Positions 27,205 to 37,179 of a stretch of 64,000 bases of DNA are shown one piece after another. Position numbers and translations under genes: made by a program. Under the pieces are notes generated by a model that was not told where the DNA came from, did no database searches, and saw nothing but the letters and a program-made list of their open reading frames with translations. How positions within the stretch are numbered: position 1 is the stretch's first letter; the number at the start of each line of letters is the position of its first letter. This stretch comes from an uncultured Oscillospiraceae bacterium (GTDB lineage Bacteria; Bacillota; Clostridia; Oscillospirales; Oscillospiraceae). The DNA lies in assembly GCA_902478785.1 (NCBI GenBank), contig CABSMJ010000009.1:33861-97860 (forward strand). Direction: 5' to 3'.

Positions 27205-27849
27205 ATGAGAACGAAATTTGATGGCCAGCTCAGCCAGCTCAATGTGGAGCTCATCCGCATGGGCGCACTGTGTGAGGAGGCCATTTCCGACGCCTGCAAG
27301 GCACTGCTGGAGGGCAATGTACAGCTGGCGGACAGCGCCAAGGAGCTGGAGCGGGAGATCGACCAGAAGGAGCGCAACATCGAGTCTTTGTGCATGCGCC
27401 TTCTGCTGCAGCAGCAGCCGGTGGCCCGGGACCTGCGGACCATCTCCTCGGCATTGAAGATGATCTCCGACATGGAGCGTATCGGCGACCAGGCGGAGGA
27501 CATTGCGGAGCTGACCCGGTTCACCCGGGAGGCCGGTCCGGTGGACATGGTCCACATTGGCGACATGGCCCGGGCAGTGGTGGTCATGGTCACCGACAGT
27601 GTGGACGCCTTTGTGAAAAAGGACCTGGACCTGGCTCGGAAGGTCATGGCTGCTGACGACCAGGTGGATGCCCTGTTCGACCAGGTGAAGCGGGAGCTCA
27701 TCCAGCTGATCTCCACCGATGCCAACCAGGGCGAGCTGAGCCTGGATCTTTTGATGGTGGCCAAGTATCTGGAGCGCATCGGCGACCACGCCACCAACAT
27801 CGCCGAGTGGGTGGAATACTCCCTGACCGGTGCCCATCCCAACCTGTAA
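27205..27849 (+). CDS. phoU: Phosphate signalling protein PhoU
   Basis: QQPVARDLR, DMERIGD, LERIGDHATNIAEW. Confidence 0.97.
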   Translation: MRTKFDGQLSQLNVELIRMGALCEEAISDACKALLEGNVQLADSAKELEREIDQKERNIESLCMRLLLQQQPVARDLRTISSALKMISDMERIGDQAEDIAELTRFTREAGPVDMVHIGDMARAVVVMVTDSVDAFVKKDLDLARKVMAADDQVDALFDQVKRELIQLISTDANQGELSLDLLMVAKYLERIGDHATNIAEWVEYSLTGAHPNL

Positions 27850-27892
27850 GGCGATTTCCAAACAATTTGTATGGAAGAAAGGAGCGAGAGCT

Positions 27893-28552
27893 GTGCTGAG
27901 TTATGAAGAGCTCCGGCAGGACGCGGAGATTCGAACCTATATTGAAAGAGCGGATGAGTCCCTGGCGGCGTTGGGCTATACGGAGCACAGCTTCGCCCAT
28001 GTGACACGGGTGTCTGAGACTGCCGGGTATATCCTCAGGACTCTGGGGTATCCCGACCGGGAGGTGGAGCTGGCCCGGATCGCCGGCTATCTCCACGACA
28101 TCGGCAACTTGGTCAACCGGGTGGACCACTCCCAGTCGGGGGCCGTTATGGCCTTTCGGCTGTTGGACCACCGCAACTGCGCCCCGGAGGACATCGCCAC
28201 CATCGTCACCGCAATCGGCAACCATGACGAAGGCACCGGCGTGCCGGTGAACGCGGTGGCCGCGGCGCTGATCCTGGCGGACAAGTCCGATGTGCGCAGC
28301 AGCCGGGTCCGGAACCCGGATCCGCAGCACTTCGACATCCATGACCGGGTGAACTACTCGGTGAAAAAGTCGGTGCTGAAGATCAATGAGGAGCATACCC
28401 TTATCAAGCTCAAGCTGTCGGTGGACACCCATGTCAGTTCAGTGATGGACTATTTTGAGATCTTTCTCCAGCGGATGATCCTGTGCCGCAAGGCGGCGGA
28501 TAAGCTGGGGCTGCAGTTCCGGCTGCTGATCAACGAGCAGCAGCTGATGTGA
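27893..28552 (+). CDS. HD-domain metal-dependent phosphohydrolase
   Basis: EH..AH, YLHDIGN, NHDE, ADKSD; GTG start after AAGGAG. Confidence 0.88.
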   Translation: MLSYEELRQDAEIRTYIERADESLAALGYTEHSFAHVTRVSETAGYILRTLGYPDREVELARIAGYLHDIGNLVNRVDHSQSGAVMAFRLLDHRNCAPEDIATIVTAIGNHDEGTGVPVNAVAAALILADKSDVRSSRVRNPDPQHFDIHDRVNYSVKKSVLKINEEHTLIKLKLSVDTHVSSVMDYFEIFLQRMILCRKAADKLGLQFRLLINEQQLM

Positions 28553-28616
28553 CAGGACCGGGCCGGGCCGGAAGGCTGGGCGTCGGGCTCTGATTTTTCT
28601 TTGAGGAGGATGGCCT

Positions 28617-29285
<669 letters not shown>

Positions 29286-29289
29286 GAAC

Positions 29290-30951
29290 ATGAGGAGACG
29301 AATTTTTGGCTCCATGGTCCTCAACGCGGTGGTCATTTTGCTGGCCAGCGCGGTGCTGATCATGGGGGTGCTGTACAGCTACTTTGAAAAGCGGCTGGAG
29401 ACCGAACTGCAAAATACCACGAATTACATTGCCCAGGGCGTGCTGCTGGATGGAACCGACTATCTGGAAAGTCTGGATTCCGGCGCCAGCCGCATTACCT
29501 GGATCGACAGCGACGGCACGGTGCTCTATGACAGCGATGAGGACGCTTCCCAGATGGAAAACCATGCCCAGCGGGAGGAGATCCGGGAGGCCTTTTTGAC
29601 CGGGCGCGGCAGCTCCATCCGCTATTCTGAGACCTTGTCCCAGAAGCAGGTCTACTACGCCCAGCGCCTTTCCGACGGCACGGTGCTGCGGGTGTCCAAC
29701 CTGCAATATACTGTCTGGGTGCTGGTGCTCCAGATCCTGCAGCCGGTGGCACTGGTGCTGTTTGTGGCGCTGATTTTGGCGCTGTTTCTGGCGGGCCGGC
29801 TGTCCCGGCAGATCATCGAGCCCATCAATGCGCTGGACCTGCAACACCCGGAGACGGCCAAGACCTATGATGAGCTCTCTCCGCTGCTGAGCAAGATCCA
29901 CAGCCAGAACCGGCAGATCCAGGACCAGATCGAGGAGCTGCGCCGGAAGCAGGAGGAGTTCACCGCCATCACCGAGAATATGAACGAGGGCCTGGTGGCA
30001 GTGGACGAGCAGACCCGGGTCCTGTCCTGCAACTCCGCGGCGCTGCGTCTGCTGGACGCCTCGCTGCCGGAGGGGGACGAGGAGGTCAGCGTCTACGCCC
30101 TGGACCGCAGCGGCGAGTTCCAGGCAGTGGTGGACGAGGCCCTGAAGGGCCAGCGCTGCGAGAAGATCATGGAGAAGGGCGACCGCTGCATCCAGGTCCT
30201 GGCCAGCCCCGTGGAGGAGAAGGGCGCGCCTGCCGGCGCGGTCCTGATTTTCTGGGACGCCACCGAGCGGGAGCAGCGGGAGAGCCTGCGGAGGGAGTTC
30301 ACTGCCAACGTCTCTCACGAGCTCAAGACCCCTCTGACCTCTATCCTCGGCACGGCGGAGATTCTGGAAAACGGCATGGTGAAGCCGGAGGACATCGGCC
30401 ACTTTGCCGGCAACATCCGCCGGGAGGCCCAGCGCCTCATCGATTTGGTGTCGGATATCATCAAGCTCTCCCGTCTGGATGAGGAGAACGTGGAGCTGGA
30501 GCGCAAGCCGGTGGATCTGTATGTGCTCTGCCGGGGCGTTCGGGAGCAGCTGCGCACTGCGGCGGAGAAAAAGAACATCACCGTGGACCTGGAGGGTGGA
30601 CCTGTGGCGGTCCGGGGTGTGCCCCAGGTGCTGGAGGAGATGATCTACAACCTCTGTGACAACGCCATCGCTTATAACCGAAACGGCGGCCATGTGAAGC
30701 TCACCGCGGAGCGAGTGGGCCGGGGTGCCAGAGTGGTGGTGGAGGACAACGGCGTGGGCATCGCCCGGGACCAGCAGGAGCGGGTGTTCGAGCGCTTCTA
30801 CCGGGTGGATAAGAGCCACAGCGGCCGGGGCACCGGCCTGGGGCTGTCCATCGTCAAGCACGGCGCCGCCTTCCACGGCGCCCAGGTGTCCCTCCAGAGC
30901 CATGAGGGCGAGGGAACCACAGTGACCCTCACCTTCCCCGAGGCGGAATGA
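29290..30951 (+). CDS. phoR: Sensor histidine kinase, PhoR-like (2 TM, PAS, HisKA, HATPase)
   Basis: FTANVSHELKTPLTSI, NLCDNAI.YN, DNGVGI, FERFYRVDKS, GTGLGLSIVK. Confidence 0.88.
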   Translation: MRRRIFGSMVLNAVVILLASAVLIMGVLYSYFEKRLETELQNTTNYIAQGVLLDGTDYLESLDSGASRITWIDSDGTVLYDSDEDASQMENHAQREEIREAFLTGRGSSIRYSETLSQKQVYYAQRLSDGTVLRVSNLQYTVWVLVLQILQPVALVLFVALILALFLAGRLSRQIIEPINALDLQHPETAKTYDELSPLLSKIHSQNRQIQDQIEELRRKQEEFTAITENMNEGLVAVDEQTRVLSCNSAALRLLDASLPEGDEEVSVYALDRSGEFQAVVDEALKGQRCEKIMEKGDRCIQVLASPVEEKGAPAGAVLIFWDATEREQRESLRREFTANVSHELKTPLTSILGTAEILENGMVKPEDIGHFAGNIRREAQRLIDLVSDIIKLSRLDEENVELERKPVDLYVLCRGVREQLRTAAEKKNITVDLEGGPVAVRGVPQVLEEMIYNLCDNAIAYNRNGGHVKLTAERVGRGARVVVEDNGVGIARDQQERVFERFYRVDKSHSGRGTGLGLSIVKHGAAFHGAQVSLQSHEGEGTTVTLTFPEAE

Positions 30952-31007
30952 TCTTGTAATAAAAGCAAAAAAACGTTGAAGGTCCGTTGTTTGGAGACGG
31001 GTCCCCC

Positions 31008-31045
31008 AAAGGCCCCGCCCGCTTGAAAAGCGGGCGGGGCCTTTT
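31008..31045 (+). terminator. Terminator of the pst/pho cluster
   Basis: AAAGGCCCCGCCCGCTT-GAA-AAGCGGGCGGGGCCTTTT. Confidence 0.88.
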
Positions 31046-31071
31046 CCCTCTCAAATTCTGGGAAAAGACGG

Positions 31072-31100
31072 TTGCAATTCCATACGGTATCAGTTAGAAT
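31072..31100 (+). promoter_or_regulatory. Sigma-A promoter of the SLH-protein gene
   Basis: TTGCAA-N17-TAGAAT. Confidence 0.7.
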
Positions 31101-31307
31101 TGAAACCGAAGTGGCAGAATATGGCAGGGAACCCCTTTTGCAGGCTTGGACAGCGAAAATGGAAGTTGTGTGTTTGCTTTGATTGGTGAACTGTCAAGCG
31201 GTGTTGCGTGCTGTGCTCAACACCGATTTTATCTTTTGCAGAGGCGTGCTCGTCTGCCCTGGAGTGGTCTGCTGAAATACACAAAAGAAGAGAAAAGAGG
31301 AACCCAT

Positions 31308-32864
31308 ATGAGGAAAAGACTCACTGCGCTGGCGCTGGCTCTCGTGCTGTGTCTGGGATTGGCAATTCCGGCCTGGGCGGCGGGGACATCTGCCCTGACT
31401 CCGGCGGAGGCGTCGGCCTATCTGAAGGTGATCGGCAAGCCCCAATACAGCGGGCTGGAGGATCTCAACGGCGACGGCAAGCCGGAGCTGATCATAGCCA
31501 AGGTCACGGAGGACGACAACTCCATGGCCGCAAGCCTTGACGTGAAGGTCTTTACCATCCGCAGCAGCGCGGCGGTGTGTACTATGACCCAAAGCATTCC
31601 CGCATACACCGGCAGCGCCATGAACGCCGTGGGAATTGCCCGCCAGTCCGGAAAGAACAGACTCTTTGTCAGCGAAAGCAATCCTCTCATGAACAGCGAA
31701 TCCTACAGCTTCTACGATAGCAACGGGAAAGCGGAGACCTACGAGGGGAAGATGGATCTCATCGGCACCAAGGAGGTGGACTCCCTCTCTGAGGAGCTGG
31801 ATCAGGTCTGGGATATGGAGATCCTTTTTTCCGGTGAGGGCGGCTCCTGGTATGCAGAAAGCGGGAACGGCGGCAGCTTTGATGTAAGCGCCGCTCTCAG
31901 CGCCCGGGCGAAGCAGACAGGAAGCACCTCCGGCACGGTCAGCAGCTATACCGTCAGCGGATATGAGGGGGAGGGTTCCCGGTTCACCATCACGTTCCAG
32001 GTGACCGCAGTGGAAAAGAAGACATTGATGGTAAGCGATGACAGCGCGGTCACAGTGGAAAGTGCGCCTGTCCGGGCCACGCTGGTCTCCGTCCGTCCCG
32101 GCAGTACCATTGCGGTGACCGGCGGGACCACAAGCGCGGAGGACTGGAACGGCAGCACCGAACTGGGCGTGTGGGCGCTGGGCGGCTGGATCGACGGCAC
32201 CAACTGCGCTCTGACCGGGCAGATCGCTGCCAATATCCGCAACGGCTCTGCCAGCAAGACCTTTCCCAAAGGAAATGAGGTCTATCGCCTGGATGCCACC
32301 GACCAGGATGGCGATCCCATTTTTGTCTGCCTGGGGAAAGCGGATTCCACTGTGGGCGGCTTCAGCGATGTGAAAACCGGCTCCTACTGCGCCGACGCCG
32401 TGGCGTGGGCCGTGGAAAAGGGCATCACCAACGGCACCACTGCCACCACCTTCAGCCCCAACGCCACCTGCACCACCGCCCAGATTCTGACCTTCCTGTG
32501 GCGAGCCAACGGCTCCCCCGAGATGTCCGGCACCAATCCCTTCTCCGACGTGGCACCCGGCAGCTTCTGCTATCAGGCAGCTCTATGGGCTGCCAAGAAG
32601 GGGCTGGTCTCCGGCTCTACGTTCAACGGCAACGCCCCTTGCACCCGTGCCGCCACGGTGACCTACCTGTGGAAGCTGGCGGGCAAGCCCGCCGCCGGAA
32701 GCGCCAGCTTCTCCGATGTGCCTGCTGGCGCCAGCTATGCCCAGGCGGTGGCCTGGGCCGTCCGGGAGGGCATCACTACCGGTACCACCGCCACCACTTT
32801 CAGCCCCAACAGCACCTGCACCCGCGGGCAGATCGTGACGTTCCTGTATCGGGATATGGCCTGA
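31308..32864 (+). CDS. Secreted S-layer homology (SLH) domain protein
   Basis: Signal peptide MRKRLTALALALVLCLGLAIPAWA; DLNGDGKPEL Ca-binding-like motif; three C-terminal SLH repeats (FSDV...AVAWAV..GIT.GT..TTFSPN..CTR.QI.TFL). Confidence 0.93.
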   Translation: MRKRLTALALALVLCLGLAIPAWAAGTSALTPAEASAYLKVIGKPQYSGLEDLNGDGKPELIIAKVTEDDNSMAASLDVKVFTIRSSAAVCTMTQSIPAYTGSAMNAVGIARQSGKNRLFVSESNPLMNSESYSFYDSNGKAETYEGKMDLIGTKEVDSLSEELDQVWDMEILFSGEGGSWYAESGNGGSFDVSAALSARAKQTGSTSGTVSSYTVSGYEGEGSRFTITFQVTAVEKKTLMVSDDSAVTVESAPVRATLVSVRPGSTIAVTGGTTSAEDWNGSTELGVWALGGWIDGTNCALTGQIAANIRNGSASKTFPKGNEVYRLDATDQDGDPIFVCLGKADSTVGGFSDVKTGSYCADAVAWAVEKGITNGTTATTFSPNATCTTAQILTFLWRANGSPEMSGTNPFSDVAPGSFCYQAALWAAKKGLVSGSTFNGNAPCTRAATVTYLWKLAGKPAAGSASFSDVPAGASYAQAVAWAVREGITTGTTATTFSPNSTCTRGQIVTFLYRDMA

Positions 32865-33148
32865 TAAGCAAGAGAAAAGCCCCCGCCCTGCGGCGGGGGC
32901 TTTTATGATAAAGCGAGGGAAATCTCAAAGATTTCTGCCTGCATGCCGCCATCCGCAAAGGCTTTCTTTTTCCCTGGCCCGGCCCTCCCTTGAAGAATGG
33001 TAGGAAATATGCTATACTCAAGAAAAAACATGCCCATTTTGCCCTGCCTTTCCTGGAAAAAGCCGACTGTTTCCTGAAATGTGTGTACTTTCCAGAGAAA
33101 CTGCGGGGCATGGTATCGGGGCGAAAAGAGAATCGAGGCTTTCCTTTT

Positions 33149-33901
33149 ATGTTGCATTGCTTTCATCAGACCCTTACCGATGACGCCTTCAGTCAGGAGA
33201 TGGAGGTGACCTTTCCCGGCTGTGACTCCACCCGTCACGCCAAGCTCTCCACCCTCCTGGGCTTTGCCGTGGCCGCAGCCAGCGGCGACTACGAGGCCCG
33301 GGACCTGGGCTATGAAAAGCTCCGGGCCATGGGTCAGGTGTTTTTGCTCTCCCGCCTGCTCCTGACGATCCACCGGACCCCTCAGCTGGGGGAGATCCTG
33401 ACCGTGGCCACCTGGGAGGACGGCGTCCGGGGCGTGCAGATGCGCCGGGGCTGCTCCATGACCACCGCCTCCGGAGAGGTGCTGGTCAGCGCCAGGAGCC
33501 AGTGGATCCTGGTGGACCCGGAGAGCCGGAAGATCCTCCGGCCCTCCTGCTTCACCGCCCGGCAGTTCCATCAGCCGGACTTTCCCCTGGACTGCCCGGA
33601 GTGCGACAAGGTGCTGCCGCCCCGGCAGCAGCTGGAGGAGCTGGGGGAGCATCGGGTGGTCTGGAGCGACCTGGACGGCAACGGCCACATTTACAGCGGC
33701 AACTACGGCGCCATCTTCTGGGACAACCTGCCCGCCGATCTGCAGACCAAGGCCTGCCGGGAGTTCTCCGTCAACTACCACAAGGAGGCCACCCTGGGCG
33801 AGGAGGTGACCCTCACCGGCTGCCGGGAGGAGAACGGCTACCGTATGGCCGGCACGGGCAACGGGGAGCTGTGCTTCACCGCCCGGTGCCGCTTCGCCTG
33901 A
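33149..33901 (+). CDS. Acyl-ACP/acyl-CoA thioesterase (double hot-dog fold)
   Basis: WILVDPESRKILRP, SDLDGNGHI...Y, VNYHKEATLGE; start position uncertain. Confidence 0.85.
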   Translation: MLHCFHQTLTDDAFSQEMEVTFPGCDSTRHAKLSTLLGFAVAAASGDYEARDLGYEKLRAMGQVFLLSRLLLTIHRTPQLGEILTVATWEDGVRGVQMRRGCSMTTASGEVLVSARSQWILVDPESRKILRPSCFTARQFHQPDFPLDCPECDKVLPPRQQLEELGEHRVVWSDLDGNGHIYSGNYGAIFWDNLPADLQTKACREFSVNYHKEATLGEEVTLTGCREENGYRMAGTGNGELCFTARCRFA

Positions 33902-33925
33902 TACGAGGAAGAAGGGAGCAAGACC

Positions 33926-34486
33926 ATGGCAATCTATCTCATCGACTATGAAAATGTGAATATGGACGGGCTCAAGGGCATCCAGGATCTCACAGAGGCG
34001 GACCAGGTGTATATCTTTTACAGCGACAACGCCAACAAACTCACCTTCGGCATCCACCAGCAGATCGTGGAGTCCCCGGCCTGGATTCGGTATGTGAACG
34101 CGGAGACCGGGGCCAAGAACGCCCTGGACTTCCAGCTGGCCACCTATCTGGGCTATCTGGTGTCCCAGAGCAGCGCTGAGCGTTTCTGCCTGGTGTCCAA
34201 GGACAGCGGCTTTCAGGCGGTGGTGAAGTTCTGGCAGAAAAAGAAGGTGGACATCCAGCTGGCCTCGGACCTGACAGGCACCGACAGCGCCGAGGAGAAG
34301 GAAAAGCTCCTGGTGGGCATCCGGGCGGTGCTCTCCGACAAGGAGGAGGCTCCGGCGGTGCTGGAGTTCATCCGCAAGTACAAGACCAAGCAAGGCATCA
34401 ACAATGCCCTGGTGAAAAAGTACGGCAGCAAGGGCGGCGGCGAGATCTACAAGTCCATCAAGCCTCTGTTGGCCGCCAAAAAGTAA
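33926..34486 (+). CDS. PIN-domain (PIN7/NYN-like) protein
   Basis: YLIDYENV, KNALDFQL..YLGYL and VSKDSGF acidic motifs. Confidence 0.85.
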   Translation: MAIYLIDYENVNMDGLKGIQDLTEADQVYIFYSDNANKLTFGIHQQIVESPAWIRYVNAETGAKNALDFQLATYLGYLVSQSSAERFCLVSKDSGFQAVVKFWQKKKVDIQLASDLTGTDSAEEKEKLLVGIRAVLSDKEEAPAVLEFIRKYKTKQGINNALVKKYGSKGGGEIYKSIKPLLAAKK

Positions 34487-34524
34487 AAAAGACCGGACGG
34501 AGCTTTTACTCCGTCCGGCTTTTT

Positions 34525-36573
34525 TCAGTTCATGGCCCCGGCATTTTTCTCCAGCAGGGCCTGCACCCGCTGGCGGATGGCCGGGTGAGCAGCAAGGTCC
34601 GGGTCCTGCTCCAGCAGAGCTCCGGCGGCGGTCCGGGCCTCCTCCAAGAGCTTTACATCGCAGCTCAGGTCTGCCAGATGCAGGGCCGGCAGACCGTGCT
34701 GGCGCTGGCCCAGGAAGTCGCCGGGCCCACGGAGCCGCAGGTCCTCCTCGGCAATCTGGAAGCCGTCGTTGGTCCGGGTCATCACCCGCAGCCGCTGCCG
34801 GGTCTCCTCGGTCTTGGGGTCGGAGACCAAAATACAGTAGGACTTGTGGCGGCCCCGGCCCACCCGGCCCCGGAGCTGGTGGAGCTGGCTCAGGCCGAAG
34901 CGCTCGGCGTTTTCCACCACCATCACTGTGGCGTTGGGCACGTCCACACCTACCTCGATGACGGTGGTGGAGACCAGAATGTCGCTCTCCCGGGCGGCAA
35001 AGGCGGCCATCACCGCCTCCTTCTCCTTGGGTTTCATGCGGCCGTGGAGGAAGCTGACGCGCAGGTCGGGAAACACCTCCCGCTGGAGCTTTTCGGCGTA
35101 CTCCCGCACGGCCTTGCGCTCGTCGGGGCCCTCCTCGCCCTCCTCCACCAGGGGGCAGACGATGTAGGCCTGCCGCCCCTCCTGGATTTGACGGCGGAGG
35201 AAGTCATAGAGCCTGGGGTGGTAGCTGCTGCCCACGGCGAAGGTGTCGATCTTCTGCCGCCCGGGGGGCAGCTGGTCGATGACGGAGATGTCCAGGTCTC
35301 CGTAGAGGATCAGCGCCAGGGTCCGGGGAATCGGGGTGGCGGACATGACCAGGATGTGGGTGCCCTGGCCCTTTTTGGAGAGGGCCGAGCGCTGCTGGAC
35401 GCCGAAGCGGTGCTGCTCATCGGTGATGACCAGCCCCAGGTCCCGGTAGGCCACATCCTGGGAGATCAGGGCGTGGGTGCCGATGATGAGGTCGATGTCC
35501 CCGGTGGAGAGGGCCTCCAGGAGCTCCTTGCGCCGCTTGCCCTTTACGGAACCGGTCAGCAGGGCGCACCGAAGGCCCAGGGGCTCCAGCAGGGGAGAGA
35601 GGCCCTGGAAGTGCTGCTCGGCCAGGATCTCGGTGGGGGCCATCAGGGCTGCCTGGCGGCCGTTTTTGACCATGAAGTAGGCGCAGGCGGCGGCCACCAT
35701 GGTCTTGCCGGAGCCCACATCGCCCTGACACAGGCGGTTCATGGGCCGGCCGGAGCGCAGATCCCCCAATGCCTCGTCCACGCAGCGGCGCTGGGCTGCC
35801 GTCAGAGAAAAGGGCAGGGCCTCCAAAAAGGGCGTCAGGTCCACGTCCCGGCAGGGAGGGACCCGGTCCCCGGTCCGCCGGGTCCGCAGACGACCCAGGG
35901 CCAGGGAGAGCAAAAACAGCTCCTCGAACACCAGTCGCCGCCGGGCGATGGTCAGGGCCTGCTCGTCGGCGGGGAAGTGGATGTTCTGGTAGGCGTACTC
36001 TACTCGGCACAGCCCCTGGGCCAGGCGCAGCTCGTCCGGCAGCAGGTCCGGCAGCAGCTCGCTGCAGGCGGCAAGCCCCTGGGTCACCGCCCGGCGCAGC
36101 AGGGTCTGGGACACGCCGGCAGTGAGGGGATACACAGGCACGATGCGCCCGGTGACCTCCCCCTTGCCCTCCGGCTCCGCCGCCGGGTTGTTCATCTGCC
36201 GGCGCAGGAGATTGCCCTCCGCCCGGCCGAAAAAGACGTAGGTCTGGCCCTCGTGGAACTCGTTTTTCCGGTAGGCTTGGTTGAAATAGGTGATGTCCAG
36301 GGCGCCGGTCTCGTCCACTGCCCGGAACTTCACCAGCTCCAGCCCCTTGCGGATGCGGCTGAGGGTGGGCGGCGCGGCCACCATGGCCCGGACGCAGGCG
36401 CTCTGGCCCGGCTGGAGCTGGGCGATGGTGCACACCTCCCGGCGGTCCTCATAGCTGCGGGGGAAGTAGGACACCAAGTCCTCCAGGGTGGTCACGCCCA
36501 CTTTCTGCAGGGCCTTGGCCCGCTGGGGGCCGATGCCTTTGATATACTGTATGTCGGTGGAAAGCTCCGCCAT
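34525..36573 (-). CDS. recG: ATP-dependent DNA helicase RecG
   Basis: KGIGP, QGDVGSGKT, DEQHRFGV, MSATPIPRT, QLHQLRGRVGRG, DLRLRGPG. Confidence 0.98.
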   Translation of the reverse strand: MAELSTDIQYIKGIGPQRAKALQKVGVTTLEDLVSYFPRSYEDRREVCTIAQLQPGQSACVRAMVAAPPTLSRIRKGLELVKFRAVDETGALDITYFNQAYRKNEFHEGQTYVFFGRAEGNLLRRQMNNPAAEPEGKGEVTGRIVPVYPLTAGVSQTLLRRAVTQGLAACSELLPDLLPDELRLAQGLCRVEYAYQNIHFPADEQALTIARRRLVFEELFLLSLALGRLRTRRTGDRVPPCRDVDLTPFLEALPFSLTAAQRRCVDEALGDLRSGRPMNRLCQGDVGSGKTMVAAACAYFMVKNGRQAALMAPTEILAEQHFQGLSPLLEPLGLRCALLTGSVKGKRRKELLEALSTGDIDLIIGTHALISQDVAYRDLGLVITDEQHRFGVQQRSALSKKGQGTHILVMSATPIPRTLALILYGDLDISVIDQLPPGRQKIDTFAVGSSYHPRLYDFLRRQIQEGRQAYIVCPLVEEGEEGPDERKAVREYAEKLQREVFPDLRVSFLHGRMKPKEKEAVMAAFAARESDILVSTTVIEVGVDVPNATVMVVENAERFGLSQLHQLRGRVGRGRHKSYCILVSDPKTEETRQRLRVMTRTNDGFQIAEEDLRLRGPGDFLGQRQHGLPALHLADLSCDVKLLEEARTAAGALLEQDPDLAAHPAIRQRVQALLEKNAGAMN

Positions 36574-36658
36574 GGGGCCGCCTCCTTTCCTATAAGGGTA
36601 CGTTTGTTCTATTATAAAGGATAGGGAGGGAAAAAACAATGCGCCTTTTGTGAAAGAA

Positions 36659-36684
36659 TGTAACGAATGGATACCCGGCGCGTC
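36659..36684 (+). promoter_or_regulatory. ECF-type autoregulatory promoter
   Basis: TGTAAC-N16-CGTC, 24 nt upstream of the ECF sigma gene start. Confidence 0.75.
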
Positions 36685-36708
36685 TTATGAAAGTAAGGAG
36701 GTGAGGGA

Positions 36709-37179
36709 ATGCCGGAATTTGAGGAGATCTACCAGGCGTATTTTGCCGATGTGTACCGCTATGTCTTAGCCCTGAGCCGGGACGCGCAGGTGGCGGAGGA
36801 GGTGACCCAGGAGACCTTTTTCCGGGCCCTCACCGCCATTGACAGCTTCCGGGGCCAGTGCCAGCTGCGGGTGTGGCTGTGCCAGATTGCCCGGAACCAG
36901 TATCTGTCCCTGTGCCGGGAGCGAAAGCGGTTTGGGGAGCCGTCAAAAGAGCAGGGGGATGGAGGCATGGAGGAGGCCCTTGCGGACCGGGACACCGCCC
37001 GGCAGCTCCACCGTCTGCTCCACGATTTGCCGGAGCCCTACAAGGAGGTCTTTTCCCTGCGGACCTTCGGGGAGCTGCCCTTTGCCCAGATCGGAGAGCT
37101 GTTCGGCAAGACGGAGAGCTGGGCCCGGGTCACCTATTTCCGGGCTCGGCAAAAGCTGAAGGAGGCGTTAAAGACATGA
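36709..37179 (+). CDS. ECF RNA polymerase sigma factor
   Basis: AEEVTQETF, WLCQIARN, LPEPYKEVFSLR, SWARVTYFRAR. Confidence 0.94.
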   Translation: MPEFEEIYQAYFADVYRYVLALSRDAQVAEEVTQETFFRALTAIDSFRGQCQLRVWLCQIARNQYLSLCRERKRFGEPSKEQGDGGMEEALADRDTARQLHRLLHDLPEPYKEVFSLRTFGELPFAQIGELFGKTESWARVTYFRARQKLKEALKT

